Positions 28,100 through 42,699 of a stretch of DNA of 64,000 nucleotides are shown piece after piece (the first letter of the stretch is position 1; the number at the start of each line of letters is the position of its first letter). Both the position numbers and the translations under genes were made by a program. Below the pieces are notes generated by a model, which was not told where the DNA came from, made no database searches, and saw only the letters and a program-made list of their open reading frames with translations. The stretch lies in the NCBI RefSeq assembly GCF_009914755.1, contig NC_060928.1; one strand, written 5' to 3'. Source of the stretch: the human T2T-CHM13v2.0 reference genome, Homo sapiens.

Positions 28100-28720
28100 C
28101 CTCTGCTCTTCTGCCTCCAGTCCACCCCCATCTCATCCACTCTCCCCACCATGAACAGAGAGGTCTTCCTAAACTAAAGATCTAACCACATCACACTCAG
28201 ACATACATACTTCTCTGTTGAATGGCTGTATTTTCAGCATCAAGTCCAAGTGCCTGGACATGACACTCTCAGGAGTCCTTACCAACCAAGTCCACACTTC
28301 TGACCCAAACTCAACCAGCTGGAGCTTAGCCCACCCCATGCTATTTGCTGCCTCTTGCAACACCATTCCTTTTCAGGACCTTTAGGTGCCAACCCTCCAC
28401 TCCACCTGCCCTACGTCTTCACTTCACTGCGTAGAAAACTCTTGCTAAGCTCTTAAAACCACCTCAAGGAACAGCTCCCCTGGGGAGCTTCCCTGACACC
28501 TCCACCGTTCCCCATCCCTCCATCACTACATACAGGTCTCACAGGCTGGGTGGCCCATCTTTTCCCAGAATTTGTCAAAATGACATTATGGTTGTCTTTC
28601 TGTCCACCTCTATCTCCCTTCACATGGGTATGACCATAGGGACCAAGCCATCTCTAGATCCCCAAGGCCTGGCATGGAATCAGCAATCAACTGAGATACA
28701 TACATGTTGGATGCGTGCGC
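28100..28720 (+). mobile_element. L2 fragment
   Basis: C/T-rich L2 3' region (AGAGAGGTCTTCCTAAACTAAAGATCT..AAGTCCAAGTGCCT..GCCTGGCATGG). Confidence 0.6.
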
Positions 28721-29264
28721 AGATGGACAGATGAGTACATGTTGCATGAATTCATTTTCTATTTAAGTTATCAGAAAAGAGTTCTAACCTTTAGAGTTTT
28801 GTATCTGAATGATCAGTTATCTGTCTCAGCAAGCTCAGGTCAGACTCCCAATCCCATGAGCAGGAAAACCAGAAACAGGGAAACTCAGAGTCCCCTGGGG
28901 CCAACAACTCACAGGGCAGGTGTTGGGGGCTCTTAGCAACCTCTAAGGGAGGCCCAAGCTCCCTCAGCACCATGGCACTGACCAGAGGCTTTCAGCAGTG
29001 GGGACACAGAGAGATGTAACATGCTGGCTCCGTAAACCCCAGCAGGCTGGTCTCTGGACCCAACCAATTGGGAGACCCAAGATGATGGACCCTGGCAGCC
29101 TTGGTGCTGTCTGTGGTGCTTACTTCTGGCCCCCGGTTTGCTGTGGCCTCAGCACCTCCCTCCCTGACTGGCACGTCTCAGAGCCTCCTGGCATAGCTGA
29201 TGGACGCCGCCTGAGTCTGTATCTCACCATGTTTCTCCTAGTGCCTCAACACCTTTGCTGCCCT

Positions 29265-29730
29265 CTGCTAGGCTGGGTTCTCCAGAAGCAGACCCTGAGG
29301 CCAACATTTTTCTGGAAGTGATTAGGAAGTGTTGCTGGGAAAGCCAGGAAGGGTGTAGGGAAGTGGGGCCAGGACATGAAGGAGGCCAAGTGGGGTGTGA
29401 TAACAGGAAAAATCTCAAGGAGTGCGACTTGAGCTCAGTCCCATGGGAGCTCTGGGGACAGTGTAGGTCCCATCTCAAAGTGTCCTGATCAGGAGGGAGG
29501 GAGCTGGGGTATTTATACCACTGCACCTGTCAGTGACTGGGTGAGGGCTGACTCTGGCAGAGGACATGAGTTTCCAGTAACCTCCAGCTCTGCAGGTGCA
29601 CAGGAAAAGGGGGTTCCAGCAGCCTGAGGGAAGCCGCCAACAGGGAACCTCAGTGCAGGCTCTGGAAAAAAGCACCTCAGGGCCCTCATGCATGAAAACA
29701 CTAAAGTGATTAGGGAATCTCAACATTGCT
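29265..29730 (-). mobile_element. LTR33-like ERVL LTR
   Basis: TGGGTTCTCCAGAAGCAGACCCTGAG..GGGAGCTGGGGTATTTATACCA..GGGTGAGGGCTG. Confidence 0.7.
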
Positions 29731-31084
29731 ACAGCCCCTCCCTCCAAACTCCTCCCTTCAAGCCCCTCCACACCGACACCACAGTGACCCTTCTAAACCC
29801 AACTCTGGTCCCTCACTCCATGGCTTAAAGCCCTTCCTGGCCCCTCCAGCTGCAGGGGAGGAGCCACGCTCCTCAGCCCGCCCCATGAGCCCCATGGGGC
29901 CTCCATCACCTGCAGCCTCCCTGGTTCCCAGCCTGCAAGTCACAGTCTTGCCCTCCTGAGCTGCCACCAGTCCCCACACACGAGCACTCTCTCTCCACCT
30001 CGCCTCTGTTCAGGCTGTGACCTCTTCCTGGACAGCCCTTCCCTGGCGGATGGTTCCAGCATCACCTTCTGCTCTGTACGTGTCACCTGCAGGACACAGC
30101 CAGGGCTCTACCCTCATCCATGCCCAGATCCGAGGCCTCTGCTCCCCTCATGACTGCCCCAGTGAGGGGCAAAGGAGCCTTAAAGGTGAACTTGATAAGG
30201 AATAGAGGGGTGGTGCTGTAGAAAGGAGGGGATGGGGCCCAGCCACACACATGCAACACGATGGCCCCACTCTTCACTGTGGGTCTCTGAGCAAGCACTG
30301 ACCCTTGAGTCTCAGTCCTTCATCTGTATTACTGGGTATGGCCCCCCAGCACTGCGGTCAAAATTAAATGCCTGGGGCATGGCAGCTGTTCACCACCGGC
30401 CATTCCCTTCCTTCTCCGCCCTACTCCTGCAGCATATCCCACTGCATAGTGGAAGGCTCCTGACCACCTGGGTCAAGCCTAGGACACAGCCCCATCAAAG
30501 CCAAACGGTGTCCGTGGGTGGGGGAAGGCAGCCAGCAGAGAGGACCGTCTCACCCTGGAATCCACCTGCTCTTTGATCTGGAAATGGCCAGTGCCTTGGG
30601 TGGACCCAGGATGAGGACTCTGTGGCCTGATCTATGGGAAGGCCACCAGACTGTGTCCAATGTGCTGTCTCAGCACACAGGCCAGGTTTCCAGTGGCTGG
30701 CCTGCAGCTCCCCACTATCTGCACCCCCAGCAGCAGGCCTGGCCTCCCCTCCCAGCCGTGGGCTGATTCTGCCCAGAGAGGGGCATCAGCTCTGCCCGCT
30801 CTCAGCAGGAGGTGGGTGAGTGGCCAGAGGCCTGGGCTTAGGAACAATGTACTTGGACCCAGTGGAACCCACACAGAGAAGGGAAAACTGCCCTTGGCCA
30901 CGTGCTTCAGTCCGTGGGGCCACCAAGCCTTGACTGTGGTGGTCGGTGGACTGATCATTCAGTCCAGTTTAGTTTGATGGTTTCAGGCCCCATTTCCTAC
31001 CACAAATAGCATGGCCCCAAGGGCTGGGAGAGGCGACAAGGTGACACCAGTGATGATTATGGGAATAATCACAGGCACCAAGAG

Positions 31085-31320
31085 GAACTGAGCACTTCCT
31101 GCGTACCAGGCACTCACTCCGTGTTTTATATGAATTAACTCACTTAAGTTCCAACACCCCTAGGGTGTGGGGTACAGTTTCAGTCTCCCCATTTCATAGA
31201 TGAAGGAACTGAGGCATGGAGAGGTTACGCAACTCACCCCAGGCCACACAGCTAGCAAGGTGAGGAGTGGGGCTTTGAAGGCAGGAATTCTGACTCCAGA
31301 GTCCATGCTCATACCACAGC
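31085..31320 (-). mobile_element. MIR SINE, near full length
   Basis: CCCATTTCATAGATGAAGGAACTGAGGC..GGCCACACAGCTAG..CTGACTCCAGAGTCCATGCTC. Confidence 0.88.
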
Positions 31321-32413
31321 CCCAGCACCGAGCAGCTAGTGGCTGCACAGCAGTGGGACGCTCTGCGTGATGAGTTCTGGGTCCCACAAGTCGCCCAAGG
31401 GGGGCACCCATTCCCCCCATCACAGCTAAGGAGACTGAAGCTTGGAGATCTTGCGTGACTTTCCCGACCTAAATGACTACTTCACAGCCTCCCTGCTCGG
31501 TGACTACTGCCCACCTCCCATTTCCGTCTGCTGTGGGAAGCCCTGTTTTCCACCCCAGGAACCTGGGAGAACCAAGCTCTACAGTGGCCTCAGTTTTTTT
31601 AAACCTCTGGGAGAGATGAGGCCCCTTCCCTCTCTCTCCTCGGCACCACTCTTGTTAGGATCCCCTCCAGCCTTCCAGGCAGGTGCCCGGCCGCCGCCTG
31701 GCAGGACTAATTCCACACATGCTCTGGCCCCATCAACCTTAATAGGATTAGTGTCATCTCTGAAAACTGAATTTGGCTTCTCCATCTTCCACCAGTTTCA
31801 TTAGAAAGGTTTTCTAGGCAAAGCGCACTTTAGGATACACACAGGGTGCGCTCCAGAGGCAGGGTGCTGCGGGATGCCATGCAGACGCTGGGTAAAGCCC
31901 CAAGGCCGCAGAGGGACCTGGGTGTCCTCAGGCACTGGGCAGAGAAGCCAGACCACCCCGGCGTGAGTCACCCCCTTCCGTGGTACTTCTCAGAAGTCAC
32001 TCTGCCGCAACATTCAGCTGGAACCTCAGCAGCCTGAGGCAAAGAACACTAGCCTGGGACTCAGGAAGCCCTGGGTTCAAGCCCCACCTATGCCACTTCC
32101 TGGCTGGGTGACTGTCACCAGTGACTCAGTCACTCTGAGCCTCGTGTTCCTGGTCCGTATAAACATGATGGCAATGCCCAGCTTGTAGGGCTGTGCTGAG
32201 GCTCTGAAAGATGCTGGGTGCTCAGCAAATGTATTCCCTCCCCACCCCACCGCCCCCCCGGAGTCCTTGCAGAGCATCTGGTCCAAGGGCTGCAAACAGA
32301 TGGCTCCCGGTGCATCTTTTCTGGCTGTCTCAGCCCACACAGCCTCTCAGGTGCAGCAACGAAGCAAGTGCTAGGCAGCTCCAACACAGCAGCAGCCCAG
32401 CAGCCCAGCAGCC

Positions 32414-32559
32414 CAACCCTGGCCCATGTGTAGCCTCTTGCAGCCCCCTGACTGCGAGAGAGCTTGGAAACCCAACCAGGTCCAAACAACCCTGGCCCGT
32501 GAGTAGCCTCCTGCAGCCCTCTGCCCGTGACAGAGTTTGGGAACCCAAACAGGTCCAAA
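32414..32559. repeat. 73-bp tandem duplication, 2 copies
   Basis: 32414-32486 versus 32487-32559: 11 mismatches, no indels. Confidence 0.93.
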
Positions 32560-33376
32560 TGCCTGATTAGGAGAGAGTGGACAGGTTAGAAACGCTATGG
32601 CCCACCCAGGACCACAGAATCGACAAGGATTGATGGGACAGACACTCACCATGTGCCTAACATGGCTAGAGGCAGTGGCCCCGAAAATGGAAATCAGATG
32701 GATAAATAGAACAAGGGTCCTTTGACACCATTACAGGAGGTCTGCTCCCGCGGAGATCAGGGAGGCCTGGGCCAGACAGGTAGGCCTGGTGGAGACAGGG
32801 ATGGAGGGCCAGGCACCGTGACCACTGTTTTCATACCCATTTTCTTATTCAGTCTTCCTGACAACCCCAAAGCCTAGTCGTTACTTGTCCCATTTAACAG
32901 ATAAGAAGACTGAGGCCCCAGATCCCCTGGATATTAAGGGAGGAATGAGGACTACTGGAAATTCCAAATACACTCTGCCACTCTCCGGGGTCCTCGCACA
33001 GCCCAGGTGTAAATCTCCCTGAGGTTTCTCAAAATGATCAGACCCCTTATTTCCTATTTTTCCCTACCCCACCACTTCAAAGACAGTAACTCTGCACTTC
33101 AGCAGGTCCTAAGCGGGGGCCCAGTTTCTTAATTTCTTTTAAGCCAACGAAGCTGCACATGGAGAGAGAATCATGAGACAAAAAGGCAAAGTGTCTTCAC
33201 GCTTCCAAGCGATGCCTGGCCAGGCAGATGGCTCTACTCTCAGCAGTTTTCACTTTGACAGTGTAACAATCTGGATAGATCAGAGACATGTCCACTGGAC
33301 ACACAAGCAGGTGGCAGGGATCGTTTCCATGTGTTCACCTTCACATCCATGGCCCAGTGCATCCAAAAACCTCTCC

Positions 33377-33761
<385 letters not shown>

Positions 33762-34046
33762 TTATGTTCACTATCTAGCTAAGACATGACCTGCCAGAAT
33801 CATTTCCACACACATGTATAAGCAACCATGCATTTAATTAATCCAACTGGAACCAATTTAAGAGAATTTAGCCAAGTTTGCAAAAGGATAAGATGTCAAA
33901 TGGATTTCAGGCTGTTTACCTGTTAATCAAATATTCAAAGAGCAAGTGACAGTGACTGCTCTCATCTCACACAAAGGCACAGCCTCATAGACAGACAGAT
34001 GAGATTGCAAAGTTGAAGCTGTTTCTTTTCATGAAAAGGGAGTTTC

Positions 34047-34214
34047 AGCCAGGTGCTGTGGCCCATGCCTGTAATGCCAGCACTCTGGGAGGCCCCGGCA
34101 GGGGGATCACTTGAGTCTAGGAGTTTGAGGCTGCAGTGAGCTATGATGGCACCACGGTACTCTAGTCTGGGTGACAAGGAGAGACCCTGTCTCTAAATAA
34201 ATAAATAAATAAAT
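34047..34214 (+). mobile_element. FRAM-type Alu monomer with (TAAA)n tail
   Basis: Single right-arm-like monomer. TSD GGAGTTTC on both sides. Confidence 0.85.
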
Positions 34215-36752
34215 GGAGTTTCAAATGTATAACTTCACTAATGCAAGTGACCCAAGAGGTGCTTTCTAAGCAGGGAGGCCTGGCTCTAAATGTCTCACAC
34301 CAACATGATGTTCTAAGGGAGGGCTGGGGTCCTCAGCCCTCTGCCCACAGTGTCGCAGAACATAACACAGGAGGACTCCTATCTCACATGGCCACATGGC
34401 CTGGAGACAAGCCCAAGGTTTCCCAGCTTAGGCGACTGCCCGGCACACCCTCCAAGGACCCTGAAAGCCAAGGCTTCCTGGTGCACATGGGTGTGGGCTG
34501 TGATTCACATCCTGGCTGAGTGACTCCAGTCACTTTACCTAATCCCTCTGTGCCTCAGTTTCCTCATCTGTGAAAAAGCCAGTAACAGTGGCACTTATCC
34601 TTATGGTCACGCTGGATATTAAAGTGCTCAGAACAGCACTTGATCCACATGAACCGCCTAGAACCACGTTCTGAGACTCTAGAACTCGGAGCTGCCCCTG
34701 CAGCGTCGTCAAACCACCCCCCACTTTTCAAAAGGGCTGAGCTTCCCTCCCCCACACCGACACACCCACAGACACCAAGCACAATTTGACTTGGGAGAGC
34801 ATCGGACGTTTTCCAGTCGTAGCTTCCCACCCCCATCGAGGCTCATTTTAACTCCTGTATGGTTTTAACTCCACCTGCACTGCCAGGAGGGGCAGCCAGG
34901 CCACGGGGGGAACAGACGGATCCTTGCAAAGATCACGTTGCCTCCCTGAGCCTCAGTTTCCTCATCTGTACAACGGAGATGAATATCACTCTTCTCAAGG
35001 TGGCATAAAAATCAGGTAAGATTTCACACGGGAAAGCCCAGGACACACTGAAAAGCATGAGGCCCAGGCAGGGCTTGTAGGAACTGATGAATCTTGTCAT
35101 CCTGGGGCACGTCTGCAGGCCTCCGAGTTCCCTGCCTCCAAGAACATGTCCATCAGCCATCAGCTGACTGGAAATACTGGTACACCTGCTCAGACTCCCC
35201 GCCAACGGCCCACTGTCTCCCTGCTTGATGGAATCCTCACCAAGCAGGCATGGCAGGCGCTGCTGTTACCATTCAGCAGATGACAAAAGGGAGGCTCAGA
35301 GAGGATACGGCAGCTCACAGCAGAATTCTTTTATAAAGCAAAGTGTCTGCTTGTAAAAAAAAAAAAACAAAACATGCTGGATGGAGGAGTGAGGGATAAA
35401 TGTGAGCACTGCAACAGAGGCGAAGGGGTGCTGGGCTGATTCAGACCACGGTGCGGGGCAAGGTCTTGGCAGAGCAACAGCGGCTCAAAGCACAGAGGTC
35501 CTGCCAGGAGGTCCTGCCAGGAAGCTGTGGCTGGCAGCAGCCCAAGACAAAGACCTGCTAGAGAAAAGAGACCATGGGAAGGACCAGGCCTTGGGGGTCC
35601 CTGGGGAGCTGGCCTGGCTCTCACTCTCACCAAGGAGCCCCGGGGTCTTGAGCTGGGTAGAGAGGGTGGGAGCATGAAAGGGGAGCCAGCCACTCTTGGG
35701 TCGGTGCCTCCCACTCTGAGGAGGCCTGCGGTGCAGAGAAGGTCCCTCGCACCCTTCCGTGGGGACACGCTGCCACCTCAGCCAACTCCCATTATACAAG
35801 TGCTGGGAGGAACCTCCCACCCTCCCGTTTCCATGGAAATCCCCTTGAAATAACCCCATCTCGGGCTGTTGTTCTTCCCTGCGGAGGAAGAGCTCCGGAT
35901 AAATGTGAGGGAGGAAGGCAGGGGCTCACTGACACCCAGAATGTTGTGGAAATGTGGATATTTCAAGGGCCCAGCGCCAGGTCTCCTAGCTCCCCACCCC
36001 CACCCCCACCCCACTCACATGCCAGCAAAGATGGTGACCTGACCTTTGTCCTCCTCCTTCCCCCTGCTTTAGGGGGGTTGCAAGAGACCATTTCCCTGGT
36101 GATTTAATGAAAAGGAGGAAACTGGCAACCACATCTGTAACAACATCCTTCCGTCGCCCTTTTGAGAAAGAGGCTCCAAGCTTGGCAGGGACACAGCCTG
36201 GGGTCAAAGTCAGGGTCTACCTCGTAGGAACAGCGTGACCTGCACAAGCCTCTGAACTTCTCGGGGTCTCCGTTTTCTCCCGTGCCTCAGCTACGGCTGG
36301 AGTAACAGCAGCGCAAGCACATCCCTGCGGGAACCACAACCCATCGAGGTCGCCAGCTCCTTTCCCACAGTGAGAATCGTATGCATCTGCCTAATCACCC
36401 TAAATGTGATAGGAAGTTTCTGGGATTCACTCAGTTATTCCTGATGGAAATATTCTCTGGGCCCTTTTTCAGGAAGCATAGGAGGAGCAGAGGCTCCTGG
36501 TACACCCCCGTGGGAGCCGCACTACGACCGGGGGATGCACAGCTGGCAAATGAGAAAACCCCGCACAGAGGAGCTTCCAGAGACCACCTGAGGGCGAGAA
36601 GAAAGATCGTCACGGCAGTCATTTATTGGGTGCGTTCTCTGTGCCAGACTCCGTCAAAGCCCTTTGCATCGTTTCCTCAGGTGGCTCTCACCACCGCTGC
36701 AGGATTTAAAAACTGTTTGATCCCTGCTTTACTGATGGGTACACTGGGCACA

Positions 36753-36826
36753 GGCTGGGCACAGTGGCTCACACCTGTAATCCCAGCACTTTGAGAGGCC
36801 AAGGCAGGTGGATCCCTTGGAGGTCA
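36753..36826 (+). mobile_element. Alu 5' fragment (74 bp) inside a MIR
   Basis: GGCTGGGCACAGTGGCTCAC...GGAGGTCA, followed directly by MIR-like CACGGAG...GACCCAGGTCTCCTGAC. Confidence 0.88.
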
Positions 36827-39800
36827 CACGGAGAGGGGTATTGGAGCGGGATCCAGACCCAGGTCTCCTGACACTTGTCCTCAGCCCACTTAACAAGCTG
36901 CTCTGGGACCTTCCTGCCCCCACCAGGGCCGGCCCCACCTCCAGAGAGTTCCAAGCGGCTCCCAGGCAGACCCTCGAGGTCAGCCCGTCAAAACCACTAC
37001 CATGCATCACTGGCCGAGGGGTGAGGAGGCCACCGCCATCTGGATCGCCCTTCTCTCCCTCCGTCTCAGGGCTGTTTCCTCACTCCCACCGCTGCCACAC
37101 CCTGGAGTCCCCAGGGCCAGGCCCCACCCTCGTAACCCTCCTGACTACCCAGGGAGGTGAGGCCTCAGAAGCCCAGGGACATTCCCCGGGCCAAGGACTA
37201 GAATCGTCACCCGCAAGCCCCTTTCACCTGTGCCTGGCTGTCCTCCTCCCCCCAGTGAGCAAAGGAACCACAAGCCAATGGCCACCACCCCAAGGGGACG
37301 TGCTGCAATGAGCCACCTGCACGAAGGCTCACGGAGGTCCTGCTGAACTCCGGGCGGGGGCTGACCCCAGCAGGTGGGGGCAGTGCCCCTGCTGATGTGG
37401 CTTTAGTTCTCAACCAGCCAACCTCCATGCCCCAGAGCAGTGTTCCTTTGGGACCCAGGCCAGGTTCAGGCAAGCCTTGGGTGATGCTCGGCTCAGCGGC
37501 TGCATGGCTGGCAGGCACAGAGGAGGCCTCCAGAACCTGTCAGAAGGAAGGGCTAAAAACACATAGCCCCATGCAGGCATCACACACCCAACCACACCAA
37601 GTCCACGTAGAAGGCCCCATCCTCTGACTCTCCAAGGCCCACTCGTGGGATTTACCTTCAGATACACTGGCACAGCTGTGAATTCGCAGCACCGTGCGAA
37701 ACGGGAAAAAAACAAAACTAGACACAACCTGATGTTGATCAACAGCCAATTGCATGAATCAACCGTGTTCTGTCCCAACAAGATGAGACCCCTGCGGCAG
37801 CTGCAGAGAACAGGCGCGTCTCTAAGTGCCCATTCCGAGAGAACTGCACTTTCACAGTGCACCTCCACATGCTCTCAATCTTGTTTACCCTATGAATGCA
37901 TGACTTTAATTTTTAATAATAAAATGAGTTCATTTCCACTAAATATGTGCTGGAGAGGAGTGAAAACACAGAGCCATGCTGACGTGAGACATGCGGACCC
38001 CCGCCGCCGCCTGGCCCCTGTCGGGAGGGACTCCCGTGTCCTGTCGGCCATCCTCACCCCCACATCCTCACGTGGTTGCACAAAGCAGGCACGAGAAAGC
38101 AATATATTCAGCAGGAAAACAAATCTCTAAGTCCCCAAGCACCAGGTCCCCCAGGCAGTCCACGGGCCCCTGCCTGCCACCCTGGTCCCTGTCCCAAGAG
38201 TTCTGGAAAATGGGTTCCATCCCGCACAAGGGCCTGCTCTGAATGGCCAGAATCTTCTCTTCTCCTTTCACCCAAAGCCAAATGCTGCCAGGGTATGATT
38301 TCCAGAGAGACAGCCAGTCCTGGACAGAGGCACACGGTTCCCAGAGGAGGCTTCAAAACACCTCGCCAGAGAGGACTGAAAACAGCCCCACCCCAATCTG
38401 CTGGCAGAGGCTTCGGCGCCACCTCCTCTCCAGGCTTCCCCGGGAGCTGCCGAGCCCCATTTTTCTAGGATTCCCTCCTAATTCTCTTTCATCGAGTTGC
38501 CTGTCCTAGATAGCTTTGCGGGTTGCAGTTCCAGCCGCAAAATTAGCTCTGGGAGACACTGGGTATGGTGGAAATAGCATTGGCTTTGGAGTCAGACAAG
38601 GCTGGGGCCAAATCCCAATTCCAGCATCCCTGCCGGCTGTGCAGCCCTCGGCAAGAAGCCTGGCCTCTCTGGGCTTCAATTGTCTCATCTATGGGGTGGA
38701 GTGGGGGGTTCAGCACCAACTGCAGGTGGTGGTCGAGATACAGGCTGGGGTGCTCTGGCTGGTATCTGGCGTCTCCTCCAGGCTGACAAATACAAGTACT
38801 GCCTTCCCCTCGCTGGTCCTCAGTGCCTCCACTTTAACCAGAACATGGGGTCTCTCACTTTATTGAGCAAATGGTTACCCAGCTCTTCATCTGGGTCACA
38901 GAAAAATCAAGCAACGGTTCAGCCTCACTCTCAAGATCACCAAGCACTGGAAGGAGAAGGAAGATGAGCCGCATGGTGGGTCAGCTCGGGGGGTTCCAGC
39001 CCCGACCATCAAGGCATCCAAGTGAATAATGAAGGACGGTGATAGGGGAGGGGCCTAAGGAACGCCAGGAGAGACCCCAGACACAGCACCCACCCAGGCA
39101 GCTGCCTGGAGCCCCAGAGGTGCACGGAGGTCAGTGCAGGCCTGAGCGAGGGATAGATTTGGTGTCTGCAGGCCTGGGTTAAAATCCTGGCCTACCCATT
39201 CCTGAGAGGTGAAACCCCCATTTCAGTTTCCTTCTCTGCCAACTGGAGACAACAATTCCATACCTGGGTAGGGGGTGGGGTCTGGAGACAGGTGGAGGCA
39301 CCTCCGCCTGGCCCTGCCACCTGCCACATTGCATAGCTCCTTGCTCACGTGGGAAGCCGCTGTGCCCTTCCCACACCTCCATCGGCTGACACTTCAGCCC
39401 CACAGTCTGGAATGACTCAGGGACTCTCCCATTCTCTCCTGTATCCCTGGCAACACTCTCAGTGCCTAAGCATCACTGGCTCTAGTGAACATGTGTTGAA
39501 TAAATTCACTTCTTCCAGGAAGCCCTCCTGGACGTGCCACCACCCAAGCTGGTCAGGCGATGCTCTGGGCAGCTCAGCCTATTGTCTCTTCCACCCGACA
39601 CGGTACCATCACTGACCACATGTCCATCTCATCTGCTCTGCGGGCTCCTCAGGACACAGACCTTGTCAATCGTACCCACAGCCACATCCCCCAGTCCCAG
39701 CAAAGTGCCTGACACAGTGTGGGCTGGATCCGCTGTGGACTGTCCAGATGAGCCACTGTGCGACCCTGCCAACACTCCAGCCCCTGCCCTCCTGTAGCCC

Positions 39801-42699
39801 AGGCTTCTAGGCACGGCCCACAGCTTGCACCACTCTCTGGCTCTTTCCTAAACATCCCATGAGCCCCAACAAAATCCAGTTTCTTATTGTGACAAATTCC
39901 ATCGAAAACATATTACAACTCAATGTGCTTTCCCTTCTGTTTCTTGCATGAGGTGGGGCAGGGGCAGGGAGGGTGATGGCAGCCAGCGCGGGCTGGGGTC
40001 TGCTTTGCCAGCTTCTCTCGGGGAGGGGACCTGGGTTATAAATCCATCCAGCCTGTGTTATGGAGAAGGTGCTGCAAGCTGATAGGTTTTTATAGCTGCC
40101 TATTTACAAAGACAAAGCATAATGAATGCTCAGCCACCCCAGGTTTGTGTGGAGGTTTGGGGATGGCCAGGGAGAGAGGACAAAGGAAACTCTTCCCATC
40201 TCCTTCCACCCTCCTCCTCCCGGCCTCAGTGCTCTGAGGGACCTGGTCAGGTTGTCTGGGGCCCAATAAATGACACCCCTATTCCTGTCTAAGTTTGAAA
40301 CCCCCAAGAGAGAGAAAAGAGTTGGATCGGCAGAGCCAGGCAGATGGAGGGCTCCACGGAACCCTCACCCCCAAGAAGGGCCTGGCTATAGGACAAAGTG
40401 TGAACAGTGACACCACCCCAGAGCCAGGGATGCCCTCACCTGCTCCACCTGGCACAGGCAGTGTGGACCGAGCTGCAGGCCTGACCCATTATGCTTCCAA
40501 CTTCTCCCAAACCCACAAATCACAGCACCCCTCCTCTGCCCCAGAGTGGCCTGTGTAAGTGTGGGGAGGTTGGGGAGGACAGGGCTGGGAGTGGGGTCCC
40601 AGCCCCAAGAGCCTGGACAGGAAGCAGGAGGGACCAACTGCCTTCTGCTTGTCAAATGTTGCTGCCAAACGGACACTGCCACCTCCTGCTAGCCTGGGGG
40701 CCATCTGTCCCTTCAGGGTGACACCGCAGGTTCCCATCAGCTCCAGATCCTGTGAACATTGGCAGTGGAGTCTAACCCTCAGGACACAGCTGGATTTTCC
40801 TCACTTCCCAGCTCCTGGGGCCCACCCCAGTCCACCCTCGTCCCCTCTCTCCACTCTTGGCTCACTGTCCTAGGTCTTTGTGGGATCCCGTCTGGGGCCT
40901 GGACCCTCACACCTGTGTGCTGCTTCCCTCAGCAGTCGCCCTTTCTTCCAGAGAAGACACTGGCATTTGCGGCCCCAAGATAGAGTCCCCATTTCACAGA
41001 AGAGGAAACTGAGGCCCAGAGGGCTGTGCGCCCTGCACCACCTTAGAAGGACACAGTAGCCCTAACCCCTAGGCTTTCAGCTGCTGCCCCAAATTATCAC
41101 ATGTCCTCCCACTGTCCCCATGTGGCCATGCCTATGTAGCCAGAGAAGCATCCCAGTTTGGGGTTTTGATGAGGGGGTCACCTGCTGAGCTGGTGCTATC
41201 CACAGGCTTATGTGGGGCTCACAGGGTGAGACCAGGGGACTCCCAGCCTACCCTGAGTGTTCCCAAGCCTGGAAGCAAAGTAGCCGACTGAGTTCTTGGC
41301 CCAAAGGCCACAGGGATGCTGGGGACCAGCTCTGTCCCACAGAGAATCTCGGCTCCGTGATCAGCAGGCTTACCTACTGCCTACTGTCTAGAAGGGCTGC
41401 CACCATGCCTGACTCCAGCTCCCCACGGCCACACTGCAGGCAGCCTGTGGTTGGTTAAAGGGCGAGGCTGATCAGGATAGAGCAGAACATCTTTCCCTGG
41501 GATGCTGAGAGCCAGGATGGATGCGTGTGGCTCCCTCTGCCCGCAGTCCCACTGCTCATCATAAAGATGAGCAGGTGCGGGGCCGTTCCTGAGCATCGGA
41601 TACACCTAACGCCTCATCTCCATCCACCCTTGAAGGGACCCCCCCACAGAGGATATTCTTGTCTCTGGCTTAGAGCTGGAGATACGGAGTTGAGGGAGGG
41701 CCCACCGCAGGTCACAAACACCAGCAGTGACACAGGATGGTTGGCCCCAGGATGGCCAGAGTCCCTCTCCACCCTGAAGATGTAAAGGCAGCAGGGACAG
41801 TATGGGAGACAGATCCCCAAAGAGGAAGGAGCGGCGTCAGGACTTGCAGGAAGTATCCATGGCAACCCCCAGCCCCAGCCACCCCAGCTCTGCCTCCTCA
41901 GCTCGGGGAGACTTCCAGCAGCTCTATCCCATGGGCAAAGGCTGGAAACTGCCCACCCCACCCCACCCCAGGGGCAGACACATGGTGAGCTCTCACTGAA
42001 TGGCAGGGCGGCTTCCTGTGCATCCATCATATTCACCGAGAATGGTCCCCCCGCACCAGTGCGGGCACGTGGTGTGCACCGGGTCTGGGCCCAGACCACC
42101 GGGGCTGTAATGGTTTCTCATAAAACTGCTTCTGCAAGGCTGAACAAACAAGATGATGGGGAGGTCGGTGTGTCCTTCTTGGAGTCAAGCCACACTGAAT
42201 TAGCCAAGCAGAAAATTCAGCCCAGCTCACCTGTTTCTGCTCTGCACTCCTCCCTACTGCAGTGGCCCTGGCAAGAAGGCAAGCACAGCCCCACCGAGGG
42301 CCACGTTGGCTGATGTGGGCACCTGCAAGCCTCCTGTGGAGGCAGACGGCCAGAGGGGCGGTGGCAGGCTGCACCCCCACCCGGCCCTGTTTGTAAGAAT
42401 AATTTCCACCCGGTGCACACCCAGGGCCACCGGTCTGCCTCACATCTAATCTACCCCTAAAGAAAGCTTTCACTCACCTCCTTTCCTCTGTGTTTAAATG
42501 AGCAAAAGTATGGGATGTTTTTGCATTTTTTAACAGGAAAATGGCATGGAGAGAGGGACCCGTTCTTCCTGTGACTGTTCAGGGGGACAAGAGGGTGTTG
42601 CTCAGGAGCGGGGCAGTGGCTCCAAGGTCAGACAGAGCCCAGTGGGGGTCTTGGCTCTGCCCAGGGCGTCTGTGGCACACCGTGTTTCCCAGGGAGGGC

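Noticed and set aside
28963-28983. REST/RE1-like CTCAGCACCATGG
   Set aside because: Only the left half matches; the right half lacks GGACAG.
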